Assembly (NCBI GenBank): GCA_964016885.1
Contig: OZ024742.1
Coordinates: forward strand, 4,712,001-4,776,000
Reading direction: 5' to 3'
Source: Eledone cirrhosa
Lineage: Eukaryota
Length of the DNA stretch: 64,000 nt
Made by a program: the position numbers and the translations under genes. Of the stretch, positions 1 through 13,082 are shown in pieces. Under the pieces are notes generated by a model. It was not told where the DNA came from. It worked only from the letters and a program-made list of their open reading frames with translations, and did no database searches. Each line of letters begins with the position of its first letter. Within the stretch, counting starts at the first letter, position 1.

Positions 1-575
1 ATATTTCGTCGTTAGGCGTGCACAACAGACAGTCGTGCAGACAGACAGTCGTGCAGAGAGGTGATATACGCGTGCAGACAGACAGTCGTGCAGAGAGGTG
101 ATATAGGCGTGCAGACAGACAGTCGTGCAGAGAGGTGATATAGGCGTGCAGACAGACAGTCGTGCAGAGAGGTGATATAGGCGTGCAGACAGACAGTCGT
201 GCAGAACAGGTGATATAGGCGTGCAGACAGACAGTCGTGCAGAGAGGTGATATAGGCGTGCAGACAGACATAACTGATAATTTGGTTACGCTAATGTTTT
301 TCTCTGCGTTGCAGTGTTTACATTTTCGATCTTTGTTAATAAATAACCAGTGCAGTTTCTATCCCCAGCATCCTCTTTTGTTATAACATTCGGGTTATCG
401 TTATGTTTTCTTAACTTCATAAGGCATATTGTTGGTTGAGGGAATATTAATCAAAAACACCACATGCAAGTCTGCACAGTAGACACTACAGTTTTTAAGC
501 CAAGAAAGAAACTTAACATTGTAACTTTAACACAGCTACTGAGCGACCCCGAGCAACGCCGGGCTTTACTGCTAG
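1..575 (+). mobile_element. 3' part of a non-autonomous Helitron-like element (5' end outside the window or unclear)
   Basis: GC-rich hairpin CCCG-agcaacgc-CGGG (548-563) followed by CTAG|T at 572-576. Nearly the same terminus recurs at 2988-3016. Confidence 0.65.
16..270. repeat. 37-bp minisatellite (GCGTGCAGACAGACAGTCGTGCAGAGAGGTGATATAG), ~6 copies
   Basis: Unit starts at 70, 107, 144 and 181 give a period of 37. It probably lies inside the Helitron-like element ending at 575. Confidence 0.9.
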
Positions 576-615
576 TCGCTTATAAATGAACTGCAACTAA
601 ATTATATATAATTTA

Positions 616-803
616 ATTGTTTCTACTTTTGGCACAAGGCCAGCAATTATCCCAGTGTATTGCTGGTAGTTTATTTTATCGACCCGTAAGGAGGAAAGGT
701 AAAGTTAACCTCGGCTGGATTTGAACTCAGTCCATAAAGGGCCGTAACTCTTTGCTTCAAAGCATGGCGTCAGACCCTCTACCGATACTGCCAATCCACC
801 GCT
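616..803 (-). mobile_element. tRNA-derived SINE (octopus-like family)
   Basis: Carries family motifs TTTTATCGACCC, AAAGG(C/T)AAAGTTAACCTCGG, GGATTTGAACTC (B-box on the minus strand) and the tail GGCACAAGGCCAGCAATT. More than 10 copies occur in the window. Confidence 0.8.
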
Positions 804-804
804 A

Positions 805-985
805 TCTACTTATATATATAACCAGCAATTTCTCTGTTTGTCTGTCCGACAGTGGAAACACGTGCGTAGAGAGAGAGTGAGAGTGAAAGAAAGCGACAGA
901 CTACAAGAGGGGGATAGCGGGAGGGAGAGAGGGAGAGAGAGAGAGAGAGTATATAGACGCTAAAACACGTGCTATAGAAACATTA
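805..985 (+). mobile_element. 5' fragment of a non-autonomous Helitron, same family as 1817-2286
   Basis: A|TCTACTTATATATATAACCAGC start, then a GTCT microsatellite and ~170 bp homologous to 1817-2010. Confidence 0.6.
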
Positions 986-1816
986 CCTTCCCCTCTCCAC
1001 TGACTTTAGTCACTGAGGCCGAGGGAATCGCTGGTTGCTATAGAGACACCTTGCACAAGCCAGAAGTAACCAGTTCGAGGCGGTTCTGACTTGACACCAT
1101 GCGAAGAAGGTTGTCATTGAATTTGTGGTTGTTGCTGCTGATAATAAGGACCATTTGAAGAAGGTTGCTGCTGATGAGGTAATTTATTAATCAGATTGCG
1201 CAGTTCCATAACCTACGTTTGATTTGTTCAATTTTTTTCTTCAATTATTGTTGTTGTTTTTTTTTATTTCTTATTTAAAAAATATAAATAATAAAATAAG
1301 GTTAGAAATTTAAATACAATTAAATACGATTTAATTTCCATTTCCAGCAGGCAATGTCCAGTGTTCAATTTCATGAAAAAATAGGAAATAATTCAAAAAA
1401 TTGAAGTTTAACTTTTGAACATTTGTTTTGACAATAAAAAAATATTTCCTTATTCACACCTAATGGTATGATTAAAATTTCATAGGAATATTTTTTTCTA
1501 ACCACCAGTTATTTAAATATTATTAAAAATAATTTTTTTTTTTAAAAGAATGGAAGATTTTGTGGATTTTTTTACCACCTTCCAAACCTTAAACACTAAT
1601 TCTCGCGAATTTGTGTTTTGTAATGACCCTCAGGACGCTGCTATTGTTGATTCCAATAGTGCCTGGTATTCGAATATGTTAGTATACAATTTTTTGAATA
1701 AAATTAAGGCGCAATTAGAGCTGCCAAACAAAACTTTTTTCGGCTTCGGCCCATATTATATATATATATAATGGGGATGATGATGATGATATACATAGTT
1801 ACATATGTATATGTAA

Positions 1817-2286
1817 TCTCCTTATAATATATAACCAGCAATTTCTCTGTCTGTCTGTCTGTCTGTCCGACAGTGGAAACAGGTGCGCGCGTGCAAATGT
1901 TTTTTGCGCACGCGTAGAGAGAGAGTGAGAGTGAAAGAAAGAGACAGACTACGAGAGGGGGATAGCGGGAGGGAGAGAAGGAGAGAGAGTGAATAGACGC
2001 TAAAACACGTGCGCGCGTGCGAATGTTTTTTGCGCACGCGTAGATAGAGAGTGAGAGTGAAAGAAAGAGACAGACTACAAGAGGGGGATAGCGGGAGGGA
2101 GAGAGGAGGGAATTGAGGAGTGCTACAGAAACATATATACATTTCTGTGTGTGTGTAATATATATATATATATACACACACAGAAATATATATATATACA
2201 CACAGAAATATATATACATTTCTGTGTGTGTAATATATATATATATATACCAGCAGAAAACCACCGGGTGGGTGGTTTTCTGCTAG
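1817..2286 (+). mobile_element. Non-autonomous Helitron (~470 bp)
   Basis: A|TC start (TCTCCTTATAATATATAACC), (GTCT)n, an internal ~123-bp tandem duplication, a terminal hairpin and CTAG|T at 2283-2287. Confidence 0.7.
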
Positions 2287-2817
2287 TCTATATTATTAAA
2301 ACAGAGAATATCTGTTTCTTAGTCTGTCTGTCCAATCACTAAAACTCGAGAACCACACAACCGAGTTTTTTCAAACTTTACACATGTAATACTTATGGTC
2401 CCGTGCGTGTTTTGAGCAAAAAAAGTTTCAAATTTCCAATGCCCTAGGCACTGCATTAGACGATTTAGCGACCTCTGTCTATAATTCTTAGTCTTTCTCT
2501 TTTTAGATAGATTCATAGATATAACGTCGCGCCCTTATAATATCTGTCTGTATGCCTGCCTGGCTGAATTACGTCGTTATGACGCGATCACTGTGTGTGT
2601 ATGTGTATATGTATATATAGTGTGTGTGTATATATATATATATTGTTATAACCAGGGAACGTCTTCACGAACCAAAGTATCGTCTTCCTGTTTTCCTTCC
2701 GTTGCAACGTTTTTTCGAAATATTTACATCTGCGTTCACAGATTGATTTTTTTATTTTAGTTTCAGAAGATCACGTTAAGGGTGAAAGCAGCGATTCTTT
2801 GCTTAAACTTTATGTAC

Positions 2818-2877
<60 letters not shown>

Positions 2878-3015
2878 GTGTACAGATATTTTTGCATACA
2901 CAATAACAAAATATAAACAAACGTATTTATTTCACGAGGCTCGATAAGGATAAATATATATCAAATATATAAGAACCCTGAGCAAATCCTGAGCAACGCC
3001 GGGCCATTCTGCTAG
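2287..3015 (+). mobile_element. Non-autonomous Helitron (~730 bp), second family
   Basis: TCTATATTATTAAAAC start, GTCTGTCTGT, subterminal CCTGAGCAACGCCGGG and CTAG|T at 3012-3016. Confidence 0.75.
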
Positions 3016-3025
3016 TATATAATAT

Positions 3026-3136
3026 AGTTGTTTCTACTTTTGGCACAAGGTCAGCAATTACCCAGTGTATTACTGGTACCTTATTTTATCGACCCCGTAA
3101 GGATGAAAGGCAAAATTAACCTCGGCGGGATTTGAA
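3026..3136 (-). mobile_element. SINE fragment (same family as 616-803)
   Basis: TTTTATCGACCCCGTAAGGATGAAAGGCAAA...CCTCGGCGGGATTTGAA. Confidence 0.75.
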
Positions 3137-3429
3137 ATAATATAATGGTGGCCATTTTGTGATGGTCACTCTAGCACAAACCAGTGAGCAATTGTGCTCC
3201 CCCTGCCCTCCAATGGTGACAAACCAGGTCGCTTTAAGCATAGCGCTGCTTTCTCCAATCTAGAAAGGGAGATAGAAACGAAGCCCTAAACATTGCTCGC
3301 TAATATCACAAACTTGGCAACCTTTTATCTCAGTCTGATTATCTAACAAAACAATCCCAAGGACAGAGGTAGACATCCGCCAAGTCACTAAGCCGAAGAT
3401 GCTGGACACTTCGAGATTGACGGGAGAGT

Positions 3430-3485
<56 letters not shown>

Positions 3486-3646
3486 GGTAATTCCGCCTTA
3501 ATAAATGCATAATTAGTTTGCGAGCAGGATAGAGAACTCGGCGTGGTATAGCTCCATCGCTATATCATCATGTAGGTGGTTGCACGAGGGAGTGTAGGTA
3601 TAGTAATAAATTACAGGGCAGTGTGTAATCTATTTCTTATGTCACC

Positions 3647-3709
3647 ACTGTTATACATATTTCGATGGTATCTGTTATGTAATACTCAGATACGATATCA
3701 ACAGACAGT
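3647..3709 (-). ncRNA. Minimal hammerhead ribozyme motif with one core mutation (CUGUUGA, A6U)
   Basis: Minus strand: actgt-CTGTTGA-[gtatctg...cagatac stem II]-GAAA-tatgta-TA-acagt, with a 5-bp stem I. Confidence 0.5.
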
Positions 3710-3822
3710 TACTTTCATCAACATAAGTGATGTAATATCTTATCCGATACAGCTGGTGTGCTTAGGTGTTGTTCCTTCACCGCTCAGACATCACACCCAC
3801 ACACACACCACACACATATACC

Positions 3823-3885
<63 letters not shown>

Positions 3886-3995
3886 TCTTATACGTTAGTA
3901 TATAATCCTCTTATAGACAGCATACTTTCTTATAGAATCACTGCTTCAGTAATTGCTGGGTGTTGTTCTGTGACAGGCAATGGAAGAGTTGACAG

Positions 3996-4110
3996 TACTC
4001 AATACTACCACTCCCACTACTACTACTACTCAATACTACTACTCCCATTACTACTACTACTCAATACTACCACTCCCATTACTACTACTACTCAATACTA
4101 CCACTCCCAC
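3996..4110. repeat. (CTA)-rich minisatellite (CTCAATACTACCACTCCCATTACTACTA-like units)
   Basis: About four visibly repeated units of ~30 bp. Confidence 0.75.
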
Positions 4111-5349
4111 ATTACAATCGCTCACACTCTTGAAAAATGTTTGTTCACATTTGATTTCTTTGTAACTTGTAAATAAACTAGATTTAGTAGTAAATCGATT
4201 AAATTTCAGAATAATATAGAAAATATCTTACAATTATCTTTACCTCTCTCTCTTTTTCCCACTCTCTCTCTCACTCTCTCTCTCTCTCTCGCTCACTTTC
4301 ATTGGGTGACATTCATAAATCAACAAAGCAACTGGGAGTTGGTATTTCTCAGCTTTTCTCTCCTCAGCCGTAATTAAGTTCCTGTAATTATACAAGGACA
4401 GAAATAAATGTATAAAGTAAAATCAACATGGCAGTGTAGTAGTAACGTTTCATTACTTCTGCTTCAACGATATTAGTTTTATCCAAAATATCTAGAATAT
4501 AATACATCTTGGGCGGGTGGGACTATAAGCAATCAATGTTGTAAAAAAATTGTATATTTCAAGAAATTATGGAGATTTGTTTCAAATAAAATTCGCATAA
4601 AATACAACCTGAACAATTTATAGTTTATGGAAAAGCTCACAAAAATAACTCTATCTTCCATTTTCGTTTTCTAATAAAATATTTTTTTGGAAGAAAGAGA
4701 AAAAGTATTCATAAAATATTACCAGACCCATAAAATTGAAGAAAAATAAAAAAGGAAAATAATAAAAACGATTTCCATGCATAAACCTTTCTAAGCCACT
4801 GGGTCCTGTCCAAGACAAGTTGATTATATTCTATATCATCTAGTATTGTAATATATTGAATGGTGTATGTGTGTGTATGTGTGTATATGTGTGTATAAAT
4901 GTGTGTATGTCTGTGCATGTGTGTGTGAGTATCTAGCCTTACACTATGGTGTAACATCACACGGGTGTATTATCTCTTAGTATATTTATGAGTTCCCCTT
5001 CACAGATCAACCAATTAAATTGTTCTCTATCACAACTGTGATATATTTTAACAGAAATAGTCGGAATATCAGATATAATATTAGAAATATTTTCCCTCAA
5101 AAATATCTAAATTAGTTATACGTTTTGTGGATCGGTTTCGTTTCAATTATTATTGTACTATTTGATCAAACTATACCGCAATCAAATTGACAGAATCGTT
5201 AGAATACTTTGCGGTATTCGTTCAGGCTCTCTACTCTCTGATATTAAAATACTGCCGAGGTCAGCTAAACATTTCATCCTTTTGAGGTTCATAAAATAAA
5301 ATACCAGTTAAGTATTGATTCTTGCTCTGTGTATTTTTTTTACTACCCC

Positions 5350-5890
5350 CCCCTCTCTCTTTCCCCCTCTCTATCTCCCTCTCCCTCTGGGAGAATTCCG
5401 CTGTGTTCAGACCTGGAGAGGGGAGAGGATACACCTGGTTTAAAAGGGGACTGAAATACGCCATACCGTATGTTACTATGGTGTCCCTACGCATCCATCA
5501 GAAGGTACAGGTCCATAGATACACATTTAGTCAAACTAGAAATTGTTGGTATTTTTCTGTCAATGAATATACCGAAATATGTTACTACCTATAGCATAGT
5601 TATGCAAACATATCCATACGTAAGTATTTTCGCTATTATATTTGACTTAGACAGTGAACTGGCAGAGTAATTAGAACTTCAGATAGAATGCTTTGTGATA
5701 TTCGTACTAGTCTAGTGCTGGGATCGATTCTACCTCTATCTCTCTTTCTCACTTCCTTTCTCTCATTCTCTATCCTTCTCTGGAAGAAATAGGGTATACT
5801 CAGACCTGGAGAGAAGATGGGCTCCGCAGGTTTTAAAATGTCCCAAGAAACGCCGTATGTCTAAAATGGCGCCCCTACGACTCTAGCAGG
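5350..5890. repeat. Two diverged copies of an unclassified ~150-bp interspersed repeat (~5385-5495 and ~5778-5880)
   Basis: Both share CTCTGG...TCAGACCTGGAGA...GGTTT(T)AAAA...CCGTATGT...ATGG(T/C)G(T/C)CCCTACG. Confidence 0.55.
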
Positions 5891-6236
5891 AGTTATGAAT
5901 TCATATATATATATATATACATCGACACACGATGGATTTCTTTAGTAAACTAGGATGAGAATCTGAAGGGACGTTTTCCTTGTTATTTAACAAATCATAG
6001 TATTTGATATTATATTTAAATATATTTGATATATCTCGGTGTTATTCTTGGGTGGCAGACTTTATACATCAATCGTTTTAACAACACTAACTGATCCTTG
6101 GATGATTTTAGAAGAAGCCAGGCTTCTTGCAAGTTTTAAGCTTTGATCTGCGGTTTTATAATAATTTTGTTTGGGGATTTTAAACATACCCTGGAGACCT
6201 TGCAATAAGGGTCTTGGGTGTTCTATGAAGTTTGCC

Positions 6237-6506
6237 CTAGATCTAACTCCGTGTGATTTCTACATCTGGTCTAAGTTCAATTCGAAGTTGAACGGTCATC
6301 ATTTTGGGACTGTGGAAAACATATAAAAAACTGTAATTGACGAGCTAAGGACACTCATAGAAAATGACTACAATAGAAAAAACGTTGGAACCACTGTATG
6401 ACATCCTAAGGGTCGTATTTTGAGGAAGATTACTTGTAATTTTATATACGTCTTATATACATTTAAATAAAACAGTAGTGCCCTTACTTTTGGGACAAAC
6501 CTCGTA
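6237..6506 (+). mobile_element. Tc1/mariner transposon 3' fragment (transposase C-terminus plus right TIR)
   Basis: Translates DLTPCDFYIWSKFNSKLNGHHFGTVENI*...KKRWNHC...GSYFEED, matching the mariner (YSP)DLAPxDF and terminal GxYFE motifs. Ends ACTTTTGGGACAAACCTCG|TA. Confidence 0.8.
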
Positions 6507-6644
6507 GTAATGCCATACAAATAATTTAAAATATTATCATCATTATTATAGTTCAAGTGCATTGGTAGATGGGTGCAAATCTCATGCATTTATTACAGCT
6601 TTTATAATCAGTTGGGGTCACATGGACAGTTGATATAGATGTCA

Positions 6645-7050
6645 AATTGAGTGAGGCGTTACGGCGTCATATAAAATACATTGCGGTATTTGTTCAAGCT
6701 CTCTAAAATCTGAGTTCAAATCACGCTGAGGTCAAATTTGCCTTTCATCATTTCAGGGTCGATAAAATAATGATTTCTAGTATAGGCAGAAGCCCAGTAA
6801 TTTGGGGGAGGGGAAAGTCGATTAAATTGACCCCAGTACGTTACTGGTTCTTTATTTTATCGAGCCCGTAAGGATGAAAGGCAAAGTTAACCTCAGCGGG
6901 ATTTGAACTCAGACCGTAAAGGGACGTAACTATGCTGAAAAGCATGGTGTCCGACCCTGTACCGATACTGGGCAGAGGACTTGCCGAATTTCTCGAATGT
7001 CAGACGCGTTGTTTTACAGCTTTTGAGTTCTGAGATCTAATCCTGCCTAG
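6645..7050. mobile_element. Cluster of SINE copies in both orientations
   Basis: Plus copy ~6645-6770 (GAGTTCAAATC...GGTCGATAAAATAA), minus copy ~6775-6970, and a further plus fragment. Confidence 0.7.
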
Positions 7051-7664
7051 GCATATCGATTTCAGAAAGACCCATATTTAATCTGGAGAATTAGTTTGTG
7101 TTATTATTTATAAATATGTTTAAATAGTTTTTAAAAGAAAAGAAAACAAAAGCAAATATTTCTTGCTTGTTGAACATTTTTTTAAAATCGTATATTTTTT
7201 GTTACTTTATTATAAGACTTGTGAACAATAGACACGTCTGAGAAAATTAATGCTAATTCATAGGCAGAGAAAACAAATTGTTGTGAAGAAAAAACAAGAA
7301 GAGACTTACTTTAAACAACATTCATATAGGTTTCTAAAATATCAGGAAAAAACTCCGACTAATTATTGGACATTGATGAAAGCAGCTAAATTTAATGTAG
7401 TATATTTGAAAATAGCTGCCACGAAATAATGAATCCCATTGTTCTTCAAAATGTTCTAAACTTTTGCAAAACATGCAAACCAAATCTTAAAAGAATTAAA
7501 TAGAAAGCAAATACACATTCAGCAGTGACTGATTATTTGTATATTTTTACGGGAAATATTTTGAATATTGTGAAAATATAAACAATAAATCTTAACGAGG
7601 GAGACTCTTATATGTGGTCGATCCAATTGCTAGAAATAGCTCCCAAATTTTCACGAAACACACT

Positions 7665-7792
7665 ATCTAGTGTAACACATAATCTAATGTAACACAGAAT
7701 CTAATGTAACACATAATCTAGTATAACACAGAGTCTAATGTAACACTGTCTAGTGTAACACAGAGTTTAATGGAACACACGATCCAGTGTAA
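7665..7792. repeat. 17-bp minisatellite (ATCTAATGTAACACAGA-like), ~7 copies, inside an interspersed repeat
   Basis: Direct visual repeat of TGTAACAC cores at ~17-bp spacing. Confidence 0.8.
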
Positions 7793-8640
7793 TAAAAAAA
7801 AAGGTAGGAACTGTTGGATAATGTATTTCGAGATAACCCACTGTATCTCTAAAAGAAATAAAGACAAGGTTGCCACGGCTGGAATGTCATTAAACATATG
7901 TCTAAAGTAAATTTTGTAGCTCGGCCTTCTGTTGTTTTAATGTATACATATATATATATGCAGGTGAATTGAAGGATGTGTAACTCTGATATACAGATTG
8001 TTTATTATTAGGATGTATAAACTTGACATAACTATTATCATCTTATATTCTCTCAAATAATCACATTTGATTATATTTCTCTATCCCGTTTTCTCCCCCT
8101 ATATTTATAATATTTTTGTTTGAAAAGATTGGCTTTTTTTACATTGTGTTTTCCCCTCCTAATACTTGCTTATATTTCTTTATATATTCTCTATATATTT
8201 TATATATATATTTTTTATCTTTATTCTTATTTTCACTTTTATCCTCCTTTATATTTTACCTTATTCTTACTTTTATACCTTATTATAGTGTAATCTTCCC
8301 CATGCCTTATTATACATTATTAATTATAGATTATTATTATTACTCTTTTTCCATTTCTAATTATCTCCTCCATTATATATATATTGTATGCCTTTTGTGT
8401 GTGTGTAGCCTCTGCACACCCTCTGCACCCTACTATCGACGCCACCCCATCTATGGCTCAACTAACCACTCGACTCCCGGGAATGAATATGACCACAGCT
8501 AGTAAACAAGGACCCAAACCCCACCCTCCCGCACCAAAATTAGACTTATCGTCCCCTGCTTTTGCTCTTTACTCTCTTTACGCTTTGTTCTTGAATGTTT
8601 GGTTGGTAGAGTCCATAACACCAATCAAACCCCTTTTATA

Positions 8641-8685
8641 GCTCTGACGAATCCTACGGTTACGTAAGGAAGAAACATTGTAAGC
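8641..8685 (+). ncRNA. Minimal type-I hammerhead ribozyme motif
   Basis: gct-CTGACGA-atcctacg-gtta-cgtaaggaa-GAAAC-att-GTA-agc, followed by AATAAA and then (TA)n. This layout is typical of a PLE terminal repeat. Confidence 0.7.
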
Positions 8686-8732
8686 CAATAAAAATCTTTT
8701 GATGTTGTAGACGCTCTTGTGTTCTTTATCAT

Positions 8733-8780
<48 letters not shown>

Positions 8781-9439
8781 GTATTTGGGTCTATGCTTAC
8801 GCCCGTGCTTGTATTTATGCCGCGTAACTTAATGATTCGGCAAAAGAGATATCGATTAAATAACTACCAAGCATGGGAAAAAATATGTTCTACAAACGAT
8901 ATGATCGTCTACATTCTTTAAAGCTAGTTCACCAGCATGGTCGCAGACTAATGACTGAAAACAGCAACTGAGTATAAAATAGATAAATATAACCTACTTC
9001 TCTATCTCTGATATTTTCCTTCGCCTTGAATTAGTTTCTATGACATAAATTTTCCAAGCTGAGATTTATATATTATTGGACGCCATTTATTACTATATAA
9101 ATCAATTACTGTCAAGTAATATGACAGTAGAAATGTTAACAAGATATATGAAATAGTATATTACATTTCACTCTCCTCACAGCGTTTATTCTGCTTCAAA
9201 AATATTTTCTTTTATCCGTCACTGCACACCACAGAGATTCTGTGAAGGAATGGAATTACAAGTGAACCTGTTAATTTATTATGTTAAAGCTGGTGTAGAT
9301 TTCGTGTAAAACGCAGCACGCCCATCTGTACGGGTTCAAATTTCGTTGAAAGTGCTGTGTTTCACTCAAGCCTTTGCTTATTACTGGTTCATACCAATCC
9401 GTCAACGGCCCCACCAACAATAAGTGTCTAACATCATGT

Positions 9440-9700
9440 GTAGCGTCGACTTGGCTGGTTGGGACACGCAACACGACTCCCAAGTGAGAACATGCTAACA
9501 TGTATTGGTAACCATACGGAAAGAGGCGAATAGGACGTCCCAAGATGAATTGGCAGTAGACAGACAATCGACAGAGACCTGAAACCCGTCAACAAAAGCT
9601 GAAACAATATATTGGTAGATACGACTGACCATGATCATTGAAGCACTTTGGCTACCTCATGCATCTCAGAACGCGGGAGTTTCTAAATCTAACTCTAAAG
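9440..9700 (+). mobile_element. RTE-type LINE 3' end fragment
   Basis: RRLGWLGHATRLP, then after a frameshift W*PYGKRRIGRPKMNW: the post-RT R-L-W-GH and GRP-W motifs of RTE-like LINEs. Confidence 0.65.
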
Positions 9701-10339
9701 TTCATACCCATCTTTGTTTATGTTTAGTGTCACCATTTTTGGAACGAATAATCGTCGTTGTATTAAATTAAATAATCTGCAATACGAAATATGTCGGCGT
9801 GATTTCATATCATTTGCATGTCAAAAATGTGTTTTCTCTTTTCATACATCAGTACACGTTGATGGATACATTAAGAAACATACGCATGCGCTCACATACT
9901 TACACTAGCAGAAAACCGCCTGGAGTATATTATTTTTCTGATGATAAACAAATAAGATACAAACAGTAAAATCAATGTATGAGCAAGTAAAACGAAATAT
10001 AAATATATATTTCTAATGGCTGACATTTTGATTATTTTTTTATGAAATATTAATTTATGGCATATTAATTAGGGATTAAATGAGGAGATTGCGAGTTAGT
10101 TGCTTTCTAATTAATATATCACTTATTGCTTCATTTATCAAATAAATTATACATTTTTTTACACTTGTCAAATACTTGCTGATGTTTAAACGTAATATTA
10201 GTTATAATTACTTTTTCTTTCAAAGACAGATTTATCAGAATAAAAATGCGTAATTTTTTCTTGTTTTTATAAGTACTCTTGTTTCTTGTTTACTTCAGGG
10301 AATAGATGAGTCATTTAAAAGTTAACTTCACAATTATGA

Positions 10340-11150
10340 GGTATCAGGTTTGATACGATCCCACTGTGTGACTTCTCAGCTGAATAAGTTTTATTATAGC
10401 CCTGCATTGACCCAAGCAATTTAAGTGAAATTGGGTAGATGGAACTGTGTGGTCACCCGTGTAATAGATTATACATGTATCTCAAAAGTGACCAATTGGC
10501 AGAGTCGTTAGAACGTTGGATAGAATATTTGTGATATTCGTTCTGACTCTCTGCATTCTGTGTTGAAATCCCTCCGAGGTCAAATTTATCTTTCATCCTT
10601 TCGAGGTGCATAAAATATGTACTAAACGCTCTGATAATTCCGTCAACCCACTGGCATAGACTGATACTTTAATTTATCGACTCTGAAAGATAAGTTATTT
10701 GATCAAGGCGAGATTTGAACTCAGAACACAGCGAACCAGAAAAAATATTGCAGCACACTTTGTCCTACACTCTAATGATTCTGCCAGCTGGAGTGTTGCA
10801 TCAAGTCACGAAAACATTCTTGGAAATTTATAATGATTTCGAATTTATGCACAAAACTAATTATTTTCCAGGGGAGTGAGGATAAGTCGATTAAATTGGC
10901 CCCACTATTTGATACTATATGTTATTGACCTCAAAAATATGAAAGGCAAAGTTAAGCTAGGGGTGATTTGAACTCATAACATAAAGGGGCTGTAAAAAAT
11001 GCCATATTCCATTTTGTTCGACGTTCTAACAGTTTTGGCAATCTTACGGGGTCGATATAATGAAGTACCAGTAACGCACTGCAGTCAATTTAATCGACTC
11101 TCTTCTCCCGTAAAGTTGTTGGACTTCTGTCTAAACCAGAAACCATTAAT
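10340..11150. mobile_element. Cluster of decayed SINE copies (several families and orientations)
   Basis: TTGGCAGAGTCGTTAGAAC (A-box-like) at 10496, GATTTGAACTC at 10712 and 10965, GGGTCGAT at 11049. Confidence 0.65.
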
Positions 11151-12325
11151 ATCAAAATCTGTCTAGCTATTGCAGCAAACAAGTCTTCACAGTTTTATTG
11201 CATTAATAATTATCTCCTCTTGTTAATGAATTTAGACGATACAAATATGTTTCTTGTAGAATGTAATTATCTCTCTCTCCACTTAATATGTCCTCATGCG
11301 ACTAGACGTATACTAGATGCTTCTAATATTATCTCTCTGTTAAAAGATGTAAACTCATGTTGGCACATGATTTTAAGAACGTGAGTTCGAAATCTTGTGA
11401 TGCGTTGTAAACCTGTAATTCAAAAGGTCAGTCTTCTCAAACATAATGTCACACTGAATCTCCCTGAGAACTACGTTAAGGATGCACGGGTTTGTGGAAT
11501 TCTCAGTTACTTGCACACTTTTTTCATGATCTGATTTCTTAGTACCACGTTTACCATAATGTTAGCAGCAGTAGCTCCAAGGCTGGTTTTCAGATTAGCA
11601 TTGAAAAAACCAAACTGTTGCTTATTGGGATTGGTGGGAGGTAACAGTAACCAGTTCAGCCGGAGTGCCAAATTCTGGAGATGGTTGACACCTTCACATA
11701 GCTGGGAAGTGTCCTCCCTAAAGACAGCAACTCAAGAATTAATGCAGAAAAAAGTGCAAAGCTGCAGCAGACTTTCAGTGTCTGAAGCCTGTATGAACAA
11801 ATTCCTCTGATAACCAAAGTACAAAGCTCCTCCTGTGTAAATCAATCGTTGTTCCAACAGCTACTAAACAGTTTCGACACTTGGAAAAATAATTGTAGAA
11901 TCTATAGAACTGCAGATAACTTTTATAGATATTGACTTAGGCCAATACTTATGATTTCCTCATGTGACAACATCAGAAATGAGAAGGTCATGGAAAGGGC
12001 ATGGTCCAGTAATCAACAGGATACCTTCTCTCTATCCCGGCGAAATATGTTCGATTATGTGCTAAGCATGACGGGTGGGGCCTGTCGAATGGAAGCCAGA
12101 AGGACCTAGGAGGAAAGGCGAATGTACCAAGAGCTGGGTTAAGGTCTGTGGAGGAAGGCTGGAAGACTTTGAGGAATGGGAATTATTTGTCACTCAGTGC
12201 TTCATAAGGAACACAAGGGCCGAAAAAAGAAACATATAATATTGAGGGCTCCACTACAAATATGTTAGTTCTGTACTTATAAATCTAGAACTTAAAATTA
12301 ATCTTTGCGCATCTCTCTCTCTCGC

Positions 12326-12407
<82 letters not shown>

Positions 12408-12507
12408 GAAGTTGGAAATAACACGGAAAATATATTTAAGGGTCAGTTTTTCTTTTGTTATCCTTTCTTTGATTCGTCAAAGTGACATTATTGAAAATAT
12501 AACATTG

Positions 12508-12692
12508 TGGATTGGCAGTATTGGTAGAGGGTCCAACGCCATGCTTTGACGCAGAGAGTTACGGCCCTTGCCATTCTGAGTTCAAATCCCGCCGAGGTTA
12601 ACTTTGCCTTTCATCCTTACGGGGTCGATAAAATAAAGTACCAGTAATACACTGGTTAATTGTTGGCATTGTGCCTAACGTAGAAACAATTA
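12508..12692 (+). mobile_element. Well-preserved tRNA-derived SINE
   Basis: TGGCAGTATTGG A-box, GAGTTCAAATCCC B-box, GGGGTCGATAAAATAAAGTACCAG and tail. It is the reverse complement of 616-803. Confidence 0.85.
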
Positions 12693-13025
12693 TTGAAAAA
12701 ATGAGAGGCACAATTCTTTTTTAAAAAATGTTTTATAATGTATATAAAGTATATGAAGAATTACCGGTTTCGATGTATTATTAAAATTCATCTTATCAAA
12801 TGTTGAGTAATGAAATAAAAATTAAAAAGAATTAATAGGAGTTAAAAACTAAAAATTAAAGATTTAAAATTAAAATCAAATGTTGGAGTAAGTTTTCTTC
12901 CATCTTTCTTGCTCAAAATTTGGTGGTACTGAAGATAGAAGCAGCTGTGTTTCTTCACGGAACAAAGTTGTTTTTTGGCAACATCCTGTAAAAGTATACA
13001 CATATACATGTGTATGTATATATGT

Positions 13026-13082
<57 letters not shown>

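Noticed and set aside
986-1760. Captured host gene fragment inside the Helitron starting at 805 (ORF 1550-1771)
   Set aside because: No recognisable protein motif, and no Helitron 3' terminus delimits it.
6050-6236. Possible retroelement coding remnant on the minus strand
   Set aside because: No diagnostic motif was recoverable in any frame.
11540-12240. Possible LTR-retrotransposon remnant (WKGHGPVI-like peptide near 11990)
   Set aside because: Only one short motif, with no continuous frame or LTRs.
12508-12600. tRNA genes at SINE heads (also 45392-45455)
   Set aside because: A- and B-boxes are present, but there is no complete cloverleaf and each continues into a multicopy SINE body.
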